Assembly: GCA_004297205.1 (NCBI GenBank)
Contig: SCUL01000001.1
Span: 157,862 to 221,861 of the forward strand
Direction: 5' to 3'
DNA length: 64,000 nt
DNA from: Patescibacteria group bacterium
GTDB taxonomy: Bacteria; Patescibacteriota; Patescibacteriia; 2-12-FULL-57-11
Under the pieces are notes generated by a model. It had not been told where the DNA came from, searched no databases, and was given only the letters and a program-made list of their open reading frames with translations. Of this stretch, positions 35,740-45,813 are shown piece by piece (within the stretch, counting starts at the first letter, position 1; every line of letters begins with the position of its first letter). Position numbers and translations under genes: made by a program.

Positions 35740-36864
35740 CTAGCGGGCGACATCGTACCAGAGGATCGTCATGTCGCCGAGTGCTTCCCGTTTCTTTACG
35801 TGCAGCTTGGGACGACGCTCGTCCGGGAAGCCCCTGCCATCCACGAGCGTCGGGCTCTGCATGCCGCCGATGATCACGGGAGAGATCGCGGTGCGGATCT
35901 CGTCGACGAGTCCGGCGGCCAGCATGGCGGCGTTCAGCGTGCCGCCGCCTTCGAGCAACACGCGGCGGATGCCGTGCTGCGCGCCCAGGACCCGCATCGC
36001 TTCCGCGAGGTCGACGCGCGGCCCCGGCGTGGTGTAGACGGTGGCGACGCGCTGCAGCTTGCCGAGGTCGGCAACCGGCGTCTTGAACGTGGTGAAGATG
36101 ATCTTCTCGCCCGCGCCCGCGGTCAGGAAGCGGGAACGCGGGCTGATCTTGGCAATGTCGGCAACGGCGACTTTGGCGGGCTGCGCCGCGAGTCCCCGGC
36201 GCTGGCGCTCGCGCTGGAGCGCGGCCGAACGGACCGTGAGCCGCGGATCATCGTGCACGAGCGTGGTGCCGCCGATGAGGATGGCGTCGCTCCCGGCGCG
36301 CAGGCGGTCCACGGCCGCGGCGTCGCGGGCGTTTGAGAGCTGCACCGCGGTATGGCGCGGCGAACCGATCTTGCCGTCGGCCGACATCGCCGTCTTCATC
36401 AGCACCTGCGGCCGCCGGTTCTGAAACTGTTCGGCCATGCGTCGCGTGAAGCGGGCGTAGAGCGGCGAGATACCGGCAATGCTCCCCTGCTCGACGCGGA
36501 CGCCGGCGGCGGCGAGCGTCTCCCTGCCGCGGACGCGCGGATGCGGATCGCGCGTGCCGAAGACGACGCGGGTGATTCCGGCTTGCATGAGGGCGTGGCT
36601 GCAGGAACCGGTCCGCTTGCCCGGAAACCACGTGCACGGCTCGAGCGTCACATAGAGCGTGGCGCCCCTGGCGCGCCGGCCGGCCTGGACCAGCGCTTTG
36701 ACCTCGGCGTGCCGGAGGCTGCTTGGCGTATAGGTACCGCGGCCGACGACGCGGCCGTCACGCACCACCACGGCGCCTGTGGGGGCGCCGTGTGCAATGC
36801 GGGAGGCGTACGGCTTGGCCAGCCGCAGTGCCTCGGCGAGATGTTTCCGGTCTTCTTGGGTCAT
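35740..36864 (-). CDS. ribD: Bifunctional pyrimidine deaminase/reductase
   Basis: HAE...YVTLEPC...C; AMSADGKI, DDPRLTVR, LEGGG. Confidence 0.9.
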   Translation of the reverse strand: MTQEDRKHLAEALRLAKPYASRIAHGAPTGAVVVRDGRVVGRGTYTPSSLRHAEVKALVQAGRRARGATLYVTLEPCTWFPGKRTGSCSHALMQAGITRVVFGTRDPHPRVRGRETLAAAGVRVEQGSIAGISPLYARFTRRMAEQFQNRRPQVLMKTAMSADGKIGSPRHTAVQLSNARDAAAVDRLRAGSDAILIGGTTLVHDDPRLTVRSAALQRERQRRGLAAQPAKVAVADIAKISPRSRFLTAGAGEKIIFTTFKTPVADLGKLQRVATVYTTPGPRVDLAEAMRVLGAQHGIRRVLLEGGGTLNAAMLAAGLVDEIRTAISPVIIGGMQSPTLVDGRGFPDERRPKLHVKKREALGDMTILWYDVAR

Positions 36865-36867
36865 CGT

Positions 36868-38931
36868 TTATTTCTTCAGCGCGCCTCCCCATTCAACGAC
36901 CGTGAATCCGCTGCGCTCGATCTTCGGCAGCGACAGCGGCGCGACGCTGATCGGCGCCTGCAGGCCGCGGTACTCCATGAAGACGCGGTAGACGCGATCC
37001 GGTTCCGGCGTGATGGAGAGCGGCGCGTCGCGGTCGAAGTCGCCCTGCGGCACGAAGGTGATGAAGGTGTAGGGCGTGTCCGGCAGACGCGGCACCCAGA
37101 ACTCGCGGAACTCGGCGCTCTCGCGCTCCGTGAAGCCGATCTTGGCGAGCGTCGTCTTCAACCAGGCGTCGGCCTCGGCCGTCTTTACGACGAAGCCGTT
37201 GGTCGGCGTTTTGTAGTTCACGCCGGTCCCCTCCCAATAGAGGTTCGGGTAGGTCTTGCCGTCGGCGGCGTTCACCACATAACCGTCCGGCCGGGCCGTG
37301 ACCTTCCAGCCGCGCGCACCGTGCGGCGGTTCGGAGACGGTCATCTGACCTTTGAGCCCGACGCGCACCGCAACGGACATCTGCTTCTCCGGATAGAGAT
37401 AGATGACCGGTTTGCCGCACTCCACCGCGGGCAGTGCATCGAGCCGCACCCAGCGCACCCAGCGGCCGAGCGGATCCTTCCAGTAGAACAACGGACGCGT
37501 GGCAACGAAGGCCTCGAACGTCGGGCGGACCTCCCCTTCCGGCACGTAGGCAACCGACGCGTCATACAATGCACGCAATTCTTCGTCTCGGAGATTCTTC
37601 AAGGTGTAGACGATGTCGCCGTTCGACAGCCGACCCGCTTCGAGCAGCCGCTCGGACGGTTTCACCTCGCTTTCCGGACGGACCGCGTAGCAGCTTGTGG
37701 CGCCGCAGCCGCCGATGTCGGCGTGCATGTAGTCGGCCGCGTTGACCACGCCGTCGCTCCAGGTGAGCTGCGGAATGCGCGCGGTATCGCCGGGGAAGCG
37801 CCCCTCGCCGGAAAAGAAGGACAACACGAAGTCATACTGCGCGAAGGTATGGTCCGGCCGCTTCACCAACAGGCAGTTGAAGCCGGCTTCGGCATAGAGC
37901 GTGCGGCCGTCGGCAGTGCGGCCGACCTCGGTCACGTCGTTCCTGGTCACGAAGCGGCTTCGCTCGAATTCGGGGCGGACGAGCTGGACATCCGCACCGC
38001 GCAGCGTGAGACGGATCGGCAGGTCCAGCTCGGCGATGCGCAGCGTGGCGTCGTCCGCCACGCGGTTGCCCGGCTGTATGAAGCCGGTCGGCTGACCGTA
38101 GGAGCCGGACATCTCGCCGACCGTGGACGGGCTGATATAGAGGACGTCCGCCGCGCGCGGACCGTACGCGGCCAGGTTCACCAGTCGATGCGTTTGGGCG
38201 TCGACGATGAAACGCATCATCGGCTGCTGGAAGCAGAGGTCGATGCAGGGCATGAACGCCACGAGCACGTCGGCGCCGGCGTAGGCGGCGCTCATCACCG
38301 TGCCGACCTTGTAGTATTCGGAGACGAACTCTCCACCCTGGGGAACGACGTCGTTGACCTGTTGCCCCTCCAAACCGAGCGCCGTGGCGACGTCATAGGC
38401 GCTCATTTCGAGCGGAATATCGCGCCAGTCCACGGTGATGCTCGTCGACGGCCCTTCGTCGGCCACGGACGATGCGGGAATCAACACGTCGCGCCAAGCG
38501 GTTTGCACCATGCCGTCCACGCGGGTCTCAAAAAGGAAGCGGACGGTCCCGGTGCCGACCTCAGTGCGGTTGAACGCGGCCGACCAGCGGCGCGTGTCCG
38601 GGTCGTATTGCGAAAGGGTGCCTCCCGCGTCGGTCGGACCGTTCGGTCCCTGCCAGCGGACGCTGACTCCTTCGGCCTCCGCCGCCAACGTGCCGGTGAA
38701 GATGATCTCGCGGTCGGTGAGGATCGGCGGCGTGTCGGAAAGTCCGATCAGAAGATCCGCGGCCGGCGTCTCCGACTCGCCGGAAACGGTCGGTGCGGCC
38801 GGGGCCGGAGCCGGCGCGGCGTCCGGACGGGTGATCACCAGGATGATGACGGTGCCCGCAAACAGCGCGAGCAGCATGCCGATCACGATGAGATAGGCGT
38901 ATTGGGCGATGCCCCGGCGGTCTGCGAACAT
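36868..38931 (-). CDS. Membrane-anchored exported protein with C-terminal KPVIYLYP domain
   Basis: N-terminal TM; CGKPVIYLYP...LYWEG...EFREFW...VVEWGG. Confidence 0.8.
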   Translation of the reverse strand: MFADRRGIAQYAYLIVIGMLLALFAGTVIILVITRPDAAPAPAPAAPTVSGESETPAADLLIGLSDTPPILTDREIIFTGTLAAEAEGVSVRWQGPNGPTDAGGTLSQYDPDTRRWSAAFNRTEVGTGTVRFLFETRVDGMVQTAWRDVLIPASSVADEGPSTSITVDWRDIPLEMSAYDVATALGLEGQQVNDVVPQGGEFVSEYYKVGTVMSAAYAGADVLVAFMPCIDLCFQQPMMRFIVDAQTHRLVNLAAYGPRAADVLYISPSTVGEMSGSYGQPTGFIQPGNRVADDATLRIAELDLPIRLTLRGADVQLVRPEFERSRFVTRNDVTEVGRTADGRTLYAEAGFNCLLVKRPDHTFAQYDFVLSFFSGEGRFPGDTARIPQLTWSDGVVNAADYMHADIGGCGATSCYAVRPESEVKPSERLLEAGRLSNGDIVYTLKNLRDEELRALYDASVAYVPEGEVRPTFEAFVATRPLFYWKDPLGRWVRWVRLDALPAVECGKPVIYLYPEKQMSVAVRVGLKGQMTVSEPPHGARGWKVTARPDGYVVNAADGKTYPNLYWEGTGVNYKTPTNGFVVKTAEADAWLKTTLAKIGFTERESAEFREFWVPRLPDTPYTFITFVPQGDFDRDAPLSITPEPDRVYRVFMEYRGLQAPISVAPLSLPKIERSGFTVVEWGGALKK

Positions 38932-38941
38932 AGAATCGCGG

Positions 38942-40789
38942 TTAAAAAGTCCACTCCAGTATACCCGTTTTCGCCTGTTCCCGCAGCGCATCCGGCAGGT
39001 CCGAACGCTCGGCGAATGCCGTCAGCAACGCTCGCCCCTCGTCCCCCAAAGCCAGTCGTGGTTGGCTCTTCTGGGAGACCGTTGGAAAGAGATAGGCCGT
39101 CATCCCCCGCTCCCCGATGGCCAACCCGAGCGCGAGTCCCCGCTGCGTCTCCTTCGACCAGTCCTGATCAAAGACGAAGTTGCCGAGCGACCAGAAGATC
39201 GGTTTGCCCTGCCAGAGTTCCATCCCCTCCATGACGTGCGGGTGATGGCCGATCACGGCGTCCGCGCCCCACTCCACCAGCTTCCGCCCGAGCGCGACCT
39301 GCGTCGTTGTCGGCCGTGGTTTGTACTCGGCGCCCCAGTGGATTTGTACGAGCAAGACATCGTGCGCGGCTGCGGCGGCGCGCACCGCCGCTTCGGCGGC
39401 CTTCTCATCGAGCGCATTATCGGTGACGTTGTAGCAGAGCATGGCCACGCGCCGGCCACGCACGGTCGTCGTCCATGGCGGCTCGCTGTCGCGCACCTGG
39501 TGGCCGCAACCGCCGATGCCCGCCTCTTGGAGCGCGGCCTGCGTCTCGTCGTGTCCGGCAGCACCCTGGTCCAAACTGTGGTTGTTGGCCGTGCTGACGA
39601 CGTCGAAGCCGAGCGAGGCAAGAAGCGCGGCGACGCTCCGATCAAAAGAGAAGTCGATGGTCTTGTTCGGCGCGCGACGTGCCGAGATCGCGCCCTCCAA
39701 GTTTCCCGTGACGATATCGGCGCCGCGGAAGAAGCGGCCCTCCGCGCCGCGGATCAACGCGAACGGGTAGGCCTGACCGAACTTTGCCATCCGCGCGCGC
39801 ACCTCGCGGTCGAGCATGAGGTCGCCCACGGCAAGCACGGTGACGAGCGGCTCCGGCGCGGCGTCGGCCGGCGCAAAAGCCGCGGTCACCGCGCTCGTGG
39901 TTTCTGGCAGATCCGGCTGCGCCGCCAGCTGGGCCGAGTTCTTGTTGCCGAGCACGGTCATGCCGAGCGCGCCGCGCCGTTGCATGATTCGCAAAAACAC
40001 CCGGAGCGCCTCGGGCGAGTCGATCTCCAGATCGCCGACGAGTGCCGGATCCGCGTACGAGAGCGCGGCACGGCTGGTGCGGTCATGGAAGCGCGCCACG
40101 CGGTCCGGCTGATAATGGGAAAAATCGACCGAAGCGATGACCAGTGTCCGCTCGTCCACGGGAAGCGCCTCGGCCAGCGCCGCCTCCTGCGCTTCACCCA
40201 GACGGCCGTTGACGAGCACCGGGAGGATGGCGGCATCCGGGAAACTCTTCTTGATGAACGGCACGAGCGTCGAGACGGAGTGCTCGAGGTCGAACACGGC
40301 CTCCTCGTTTGCGGCGGCGCTCTCCGGGAGGCGCGCCGCGGCGGGATCCGGCGCCAGCCTGCCGTACGGCGTCCGCCATGAGGCGCGCGAGACGACGGCT
40401 GGCGCTCGCGTTCTGCCGAGGTGGTCCGGCCCGATGACGATGACGCGGGTCGGTGGCTCGGGAAACGCGGAGACCGCGCCGGCAATGAGCGGCGCAGCGA
40501 GCAGATAGTGCGGCAGGACCAATCCCTGGGTGCGTGCCGGAAGTGCCGCAGGCAGCGCCTGCGCATAGGCGCGGTCGTACACATCCGACGATAGGAAATA
40601 GGAGAGGTGTTCGGCGGTCGGTTCCGTGGCTGCGGCAACGCGCGGGGCGCTCGGTGCGGCGCCGTCGACGGGGACGCCGCCGCGTGCGGCAACAAGGATC
40701 GTCGAGGCGCCGAGCGCGGCCGCAAGCATGACCGCGGTCAGCGCATGTCCGTACGGCACCGGATCGAACAACGTATGGCTGTGCGACAT
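38942..40789 (-). CDS. MEMO1 (AmmeMemoRadiSam B)-like plus CapA/PGA_cap fusion
   Basis: GPDH, EHS, SVDFSHY; VGDLMLDR, GNLEG, ANNH, HWGAEY, GHHPH, SLGNFVFDQ. Confidence 0.88.
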   Translation of the reverse strand: MSHSHTLFDPVPYGHALTAVMLAAALGASTILVAARGGVPVDGAAPSAPRVAAATEPTAEHLSYFLSSDVYDRAYAQALPAALPARTQGLVLPHYLLAAPLIAGAVSAFPEPPTRVIVIGPDHLGRTRAPAVVSRASWRTPYGRLAPDPAAARLPESAAANEEAVFDLEHSVSTLVPFIKKSFPDAAILPVLVNGRLGEAQEAALAEALPVDERTLVIASVDFSHYQPDRVARFHDRTSRAALSYADPALVGDLEIDSPEALRVFLRIMQRRGALGMTVLGNKNSAQLAAQPDLPETTSAVTAAFAPADAAPEPLVTVLAVGDLMLDREVRARMAKFGQAYPFALIRGAEGRFFRGADIVTGNLEGAISARRAPNKTIDFSFDRSVAALLASLGFDVVSTANNHSLDQGAAGHDETQAALQEAGIGGCGHQVRDSEPPWTTTVRGRRVAMLCYNVTDNALDEKAAEAAVRAAAAAHDVLLVQIHWGAEYKPRPTTTQVALGRKLVEWGADAVIGHHPHVMEGMELWQGKPIFWSLGNFVFDQDWSKETQRGLALGLAIGERGMTAYLFPTVSQKSQPRLALGDEGRALLTAFAERSDLPDALREQAKTGILEWTF

Positions 40790-40790
40790 A

Positions 40791-41090
40791 TCACTGTTCG
40801 CGCTGCCAGGCCTCGAGCCCGCCGGAGAGGTTGCGCACGTCCGTGAAACCCGCCTGCGTGAGCGCCTCGGCGGCGGCGCGCGAGCGGCGGCCGCTGCGGC
40901 AATACAACACGAGCGGCGCGTCCTTGCGCATGCCGGACAACTTCTCCGCGAGGTGCTCGGCAGGGATCAAAATGGACTTGGGGATCTTTCCCTCGGCGAG
41001 TTCCTCCGGATCGCGGACGTCGACAAGAAAACAGCCGTCGCTCTCCAGCAACGTCTTCAGTTCGCGGACGGTGATTTCTTTCCCGGTCAT
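40791..41090 (-). CDS. Single-domain rhodanese
   Basis: LVDVR..E...GKIP, YCRSGRRS, LSGGLEAW. Confidence 0.92.
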   Translation of the reverse strand: MTGKEITVRELKTLLESDGCFLVDVRDPEELAEGKIPKSILIPAEHLAEKLSGMRKDAPLVLYCRSGRRSRAAAEALTQAGFTDVRNLSGGLEAWQREQ

Positions 41091-42244
41091 TCTTTCTTGA
41101 GTGCCGCTTCCGTATAAACGTTGCGCGCGTTCCAGAGCAGCCAGCCTTCGGCGCCGCGTTTTTCGGCGGCATCGATCTGCTGGCGCACCATGGCCGCGGT
41201 GTAATCGGCGCCCAGATCGAAATCCTGGAGCCACGGCCGGACGCCGCGGAAGTCCGGGCGCACCGCGTCGATGATCGTCTGCCCGTCGGCGAGCGCGTCG
41301 TCAACGACCACGCCGGGCGAGGCGGCGGGGTTGGCGAGGCCGAGGTGGCCGGACGGATAATGCGAGGGATAGACCATCGGCGACACGAAATCGACGTACG
41401 GCAGGACGAGCGCCAGGCGCTGGCCGATGCCGAGATCGTAGCCGTCCTCGACGCGGAAGGTGTAGCCGAAGAGATCGGCGGACAGCGGTATCCCCTGCGC
41501 GCGCAGGCGGTCGTCCATGTATGCGAAGAAACGCTCCATGACTTCCGGTTTCGATTCGACGCGGTCCCAGGCCGGATAGGTGATCGTCGAGATGTCGCCA
41601 TCGGAAGCGAAACGCACGTAGTCGAACTGGATCTCGTCGAAGCCGGCGGCATGCGCCTCTTCCGCGAGCACGGCGTTGTATTCCCAAACGCCCTGCGCGG
41701 CCGGATCGAGCCAGCGGATGCCGCGGCGGTCGCGCCACAGTCCCCCGCCCCGCCGTCCCATGGCGAGCTCGGGGTGACGGTCGGCGAACCAGGAGTCCTG
41801 GAACACCGGCAGGCGCGCGATCAGGTACAGCCCGTGCGCATGCGCGTCGGCGGCGACGGCGGCAAGATCCGGGATGGTCGGCTTCTCCCGGCTGATGTCC
41901 GCGTAGTCCGGATGGACGATGCGGAAGCCCGGCGCGCCGCTGTCGTCCTTCAAATCGACAGCCAGGGCGTTGATCTCGGTGCGATCGGCGAGCGCCAGCA
42001 TTTCCTGGTACTTCGCTCCCACGGCGCTGGCCGTCGTCAGGTAGATCGCTTTGACTCGTTCCGGCTTGGCAGCGTGGCGCGTGACCGCATCGCCACGCTC
42101 CTCCTCCACGACGGCGTCGGTCACCGTGACGACCGTCGTATCCGGACGGAGGCGCAGGGTGACAACGACCAGCCCGCAAACGGCGCCGAACGCGAGCAGC
42201 GCAGCCGCCGCAACCAACCCCGGACGATACTGCGAGCCGGTCAT
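41087..42244 (-). CDS. Putative glycoside hydrolase (DUF4015)
   Basis: EINALAVDLKD, GFDEIQFDYVRF, PMVYPSH, RPWLQDF. Confidence 0.88.
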   Translation of the reverse strand: MTGSQYRPGLVAAAALLAFGAVCGLVVVTLRLRPDTTVVTVTDAVVEEERGDAVTRHAAKPERVKAIYLTTASAVGAKYQEMLALADRTEINALAVDLKDDSGAPGFRIVHPDYADISREKPTIPDLAAVAADAHAHGLYLIARLPVFQDSWFADRHPELAMGRRGGGLWRDRRGIRWLDPAAQGVWEYNAVLAEEAHAAGFDEIQFDYVRFASDGDISTITYPAWDRVESKPEVMERFFAYMDDRLRAQGIPLSADLFGYTFRVEDGYDLGIGQRLALVLPYVDFVSPMVYPSHYPSGHLGLANPAASPGVVVDDALADGQTIIDAVRPDFRGVRPWLQDFDLGADYTAAMVRQQIDAAEKRGAEGWLLWNARNVYTEAALKKE

Positions 42245-42245
42245 A

Positions 42246-42683
42246 TCAGCCGAGGAAAAACAGGTGCGCGAGCAGGCCCAAAAGCGTCGCGTAGCCGGCG
42301 GTGGCGAGCAGGAGTTCCAGCCAGACGGAGCCGCCCTCGCGCCGGCCGAAGACGCCCAGCCCCGTCATCGGCAGCATCACGCCGCCGATCACGACGTAGT
42401 AGCCGAGCGCGTAAAAGGCCAACGACGACGGACTCCACGGCAGGCCGGGCAGGCGGTTCGCAAAAAGCACGTAGGCGCCGCCGAAGAGCGTGCTCATGAG
42501 GAGATGCACGGCGACCGACCACCACAGCACCGCGTCCGGGGACAGCCGGGCGCCCCAGAACGTTTTTACGTCCATGAGGATCGGGAGGTTGCGGCCGTGA
42601 TGCAGCGTTTCGGAGACGAAGGCCGGCACCGCCAGGACGAGGCCGATCACGAACCCCGAAAACATCGCCTCGAAGACGGACAT
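42246..42683 (-). CDS. Four-TM hypothetical membrane protein
   Basis: Hydrophobic ORF; TACCAT -10 box 9 nt upstream. Confidence 0.7.
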   Translation of the reverse strand: MSVFEAMFSGFVIGLVLAVPAFVSETLHHGRNLPILMDVKTFWGARLSPDAVLWWSVAVHLLMSTLFGGAYVLFANRLPGLPWSPSSLAFYALGYYVVIGGVMLPMTGLGVFGRREGGSVWLELLLATAGYATLLGLLAHLFFLG

Positions 42684-42753
42684 ATCAAGGGCATGGTATC
42701 GCATGGCCCCAAAACAAAACAGGGCGGAAATCCCCGCCCTGCCTGGTCCCGGC

Positions 42754-43632
42754 TTACGGGTTCGGATGCACGACGATCATCACTTTCCGGCCGTTCGCCA
42801 CGTCGCCGCCGTTCCAGTCGTGCGCGGCGTTCAGGATCGTGGAAATCGGGTAGACGTAGTCGGCGCCTTTACGGGTGCCCGGATCCCCCGTGATGAAGGT
42901 GTTCGCCGTGTAGCCCTTCACCACAAGCATGTGATAGACCGGGCCACCGTTCTTGAAGTTCGGGTTGTTCAGCGCCTTGCCGTAGGACGGCACGATGACC
43001 GGCCGGCCGGCGGCGACTTCGCGCTTGATGCGCTCGGCCGTCACCTCTTCGGTGACGACGACGGTGGAGTAACCGAAGTATTGGCGGATCATCTCCGCCG
43101 TCTGCTCGGCGGTGGTGCTCAGGTTGAGGCCGAAGTGGGCATCCTCCCAGGCAAACAGCTTGTCCAGCTCGTCCTTGGACTCCTGCTGCGAGTCGAACGT
43201 TTGGTGCGTGTAGTAGTAGTGGACCATCAAGGCCGAGGCCTCTTCGCAGCCGTCCTCGTAAGAACCGGTCCAGTTGGCGAACGGCGCCTGCACCGTCCAA
43301 GGCACGGCCAGGTTGTAGGAGGCAGGCAGAGCGGCCGGCGCGTTGGTATTGGCATTGACGTTGACGTTCGCGGACGCGGCGTTCACGTTCACCGGACGGT
43401 TCACGTTCGTGTTTGCGGGGCGGTTGGTGTTGGTGTTCGTCGGCGCGGGCGGAGCGGCGTTGACGTTCGCGGGCGTCGTGGTCGCTGCCGGCACGTACGG
43501 CACGGCGGCCGGAAGATCCGGTTTACGCGCCGCGTCGATGGCATCGCGGATCTGGCCGCGCTGGGCATAGCCGAAACCGCCGACCACGAGGAGGACGGCG
43601 GCGACCGCGGCGATGATCTGTCCGCGTTTCAT
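42754..43632 (-). CDS. Secreted C39-like cysteine peptidase with Asn/Thr-rich linker
   Basis: VPWTVQAP, DGCEEAS, YHMLVVKGY, TGDPG. Confidence 0.85.
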   Translation of the reverse strand: MKRGQIIAAVAAVLLVVGGFGYAQRGQIRDAIDAARKPDLPAAVPYVPAATTTPANVNAAPPAPTNTNTNRPANTNVNRPVNVNAASANVNVNANTNAPAALPASYNLAVPWTVQAPFANWTGSYEDGCEEASALMVHYYYTHQTFDSQQESKDELDKLFAWEDAHFGLNLSTTAEQTAEMIRQYFGYSTVVVTEEVTAERIKREVAAGRPVIVPSYGKALNNPNFKNGGPVYHMLVVKGYTANTFITGDPGTRKGADYVYPISTILNAAHDWNGGDVANGRKVMIVVHPNP

Positions 43633-43682
43633 ACGAATGGCTCTACCACACTTCCCCCATTCTTTCAAGCCCCCACGCTCGG

Positions 43683-44330
<648 letters not shown>

Positions 44331-44331
44331 A

Positions 44332-45711
44332 TTATTCGCGGGTGTCGGCAAGAAGCACAACGGCGTTCAGGTCCGCGCTCCAGCCGGCGATACCTGTGAA
44401 AGGTCCATCGACCGAGGCGATGGCGTCCGTGGCCAGATTCTGGAAGGCGTACTCTCCGGCCAAGGAAGGCGACAAGGAAAACAAGAAGCGGTCCGAGAGA
44501 TATGCCACCCGCACGTCAGAGTCTTGCGGGACAGTCACTTTGCCGACCAGAGCGGGCCCCCCACTGCCGACCACAGGGATGGTATAGACATCATTGTCGA
44601 AGACCAATACGAGTTCGCTGCCATCCAGGGACCATTCCACCACCATACGGTGTGGCTTGCGGTCCTGCGCCGGAAACGTATATCGGACCCGTTCCCTCTC
44701 GGAGACCGCATCGACAAGTTCGATGCGCAAGGGCACAAGCGACGGCACATCATTCCCAAGCACCTCCGGCGGTTGCACGACCAGTTTGGCGAAGGCCGTA
44801 CCGTCAGGCGACAAACCGAAATCGGCCTCCCACTCGCCTGGACCGACGCCGCCGACCGTGCCGTAACGGACGACGGCTGTTTCTTGGTCGTTGGCCACAC
44901 GCATCCGATGCAGCGTGGTCCCCACGCCCCCAGAGTCACCATACATCTCGGTCCAAAGCACTTCTTTGTTGTCAGCGCTGAAACCAACGACACGCATCAT
45001 GGACTCGATCGGCCTCTCCTCACCCGCCAGCTCGCCAAGCTCGATCGGATCACCCCGACCGCTCAACGGCACGGCCACGGCGCGGGTCGCCCCGACGCTT
45101 TCCGGATCGCTCAGCCCCTGACTGTACGCGTAGGCCAACCACGTGCCGTCCTTGGAAACGGCAAGCGACGAGATGAATGGTTTGGTCACGAGACGGACGG
45201 AGGTGACATCTTCGAGATTCACGCGCAGGATTCCCTCTTCGTCCGTCCAATACAGATACGTGCCATTCACGGCACGGGACTCGGGCCCGAGCGGATACGG
45301 CGTGTCCTTCAATATTAGGTTCCCAAGCGACGTCAGAAGACCCGTCTCTGCGTCCACGAGCTGTACCGTGATTCCCTGCCGGGCCGTCTCTTCCTGCTCC
45401 CCGAACATCTGGTCACGGACCTTCTGGAGTTCGCCGGAGAGGATACCGAGGTCGGCGTCCTTCTGCTCAAGCTGTTTGCCGAGGCCGGCGATTTCGTCGC
45501 GCATCAAAAAGACGGCCGAGGACAACACGCCGAGCGCCAACACGCCGAGCGCCACCGCGCCCCATACCGCGGCGTTCATGGCAATGCGGCCGAAGGCCAC
45601 GGGGAAATGCACAATATCGTCCGGCTCCTGCATGATGCTCCGGACGATCTCGTGCCGTTCTTGCGTGCGGGCTTTGCGCTCCGCGCGCGTGGGCTTGCGC
45701 TTTCTAGTCAT
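44332..45711 (-). CDS. TM plus coiled-coil plus TolB-like beta-propeller protein
   Basis: Repeats VSKDG, FSADN, LSPDG, WSLDG, WSAD. Confidence 0.75.
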   Translation of the reverse strand: MTRKRKPTRAERKARTQERHEIVRSIMQEPDDIVHFPVAFGRIAMNAAVWGAVALGVLALGVLSSAVFLMRDEIAGLGKQLEQKDADLGILSGELQKVRDQMFGEQEETARQGITVQLVDAETGLLTSLGNLILKDTPYPLGPESRAVNGTYLYWTDEEGILRVNLEDVTSVRLVTKPFISSLAVSKDGTWLAYAYSQGLSDPESVGATRAVAVPLSGRGDPIELGELAGEERPIESMMRVVGFSADNKEVLWTEMYGDSGGVGTTLHRMRVANDQETAVVRYGTVGGVGPGEWEADFGLSPDGTAFAKLVVQPPEVLGNDVPSLVPLRIELVDAVSERERVRYTFPAQDRKPHRMVVEWSLDGSELVLVFDNDVYTIPVVGSGGPALVGKVTVPQDSDVRVAYLSDRFLFSLSPSLAGEYAFQNLATDAIASVDGPFTGIAGWSADLNAVVLLADTRE

Positions 45712-45717
45712 TGCACG

Positions 45718-45806
45718 TTGTCATTCTGAGACGGCAGCCGAAGAATCCTCTTAGTTTTTACTCGGGAAAGCACCGGAAGGATCCTTCGTTCCACTCAGGA
45801 TGACAA
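45718..45806. repeat. GTCATCCTGAG-family palindromic element, copy 3 (inverted)
   Basis: ttgtcattctgag..gaagaatcc...ggatccttcg..ctcaggatgacaa. Confidence 0.85.
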
Positions 45807-45813
45807 TATCGTA

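Noticed and set aside
43330-43490. Repetitive DNA in the C39 gene
   Set aside because: Explained by a low-complexity Asn/Thr/Val linker; no regular nucleotide unit.
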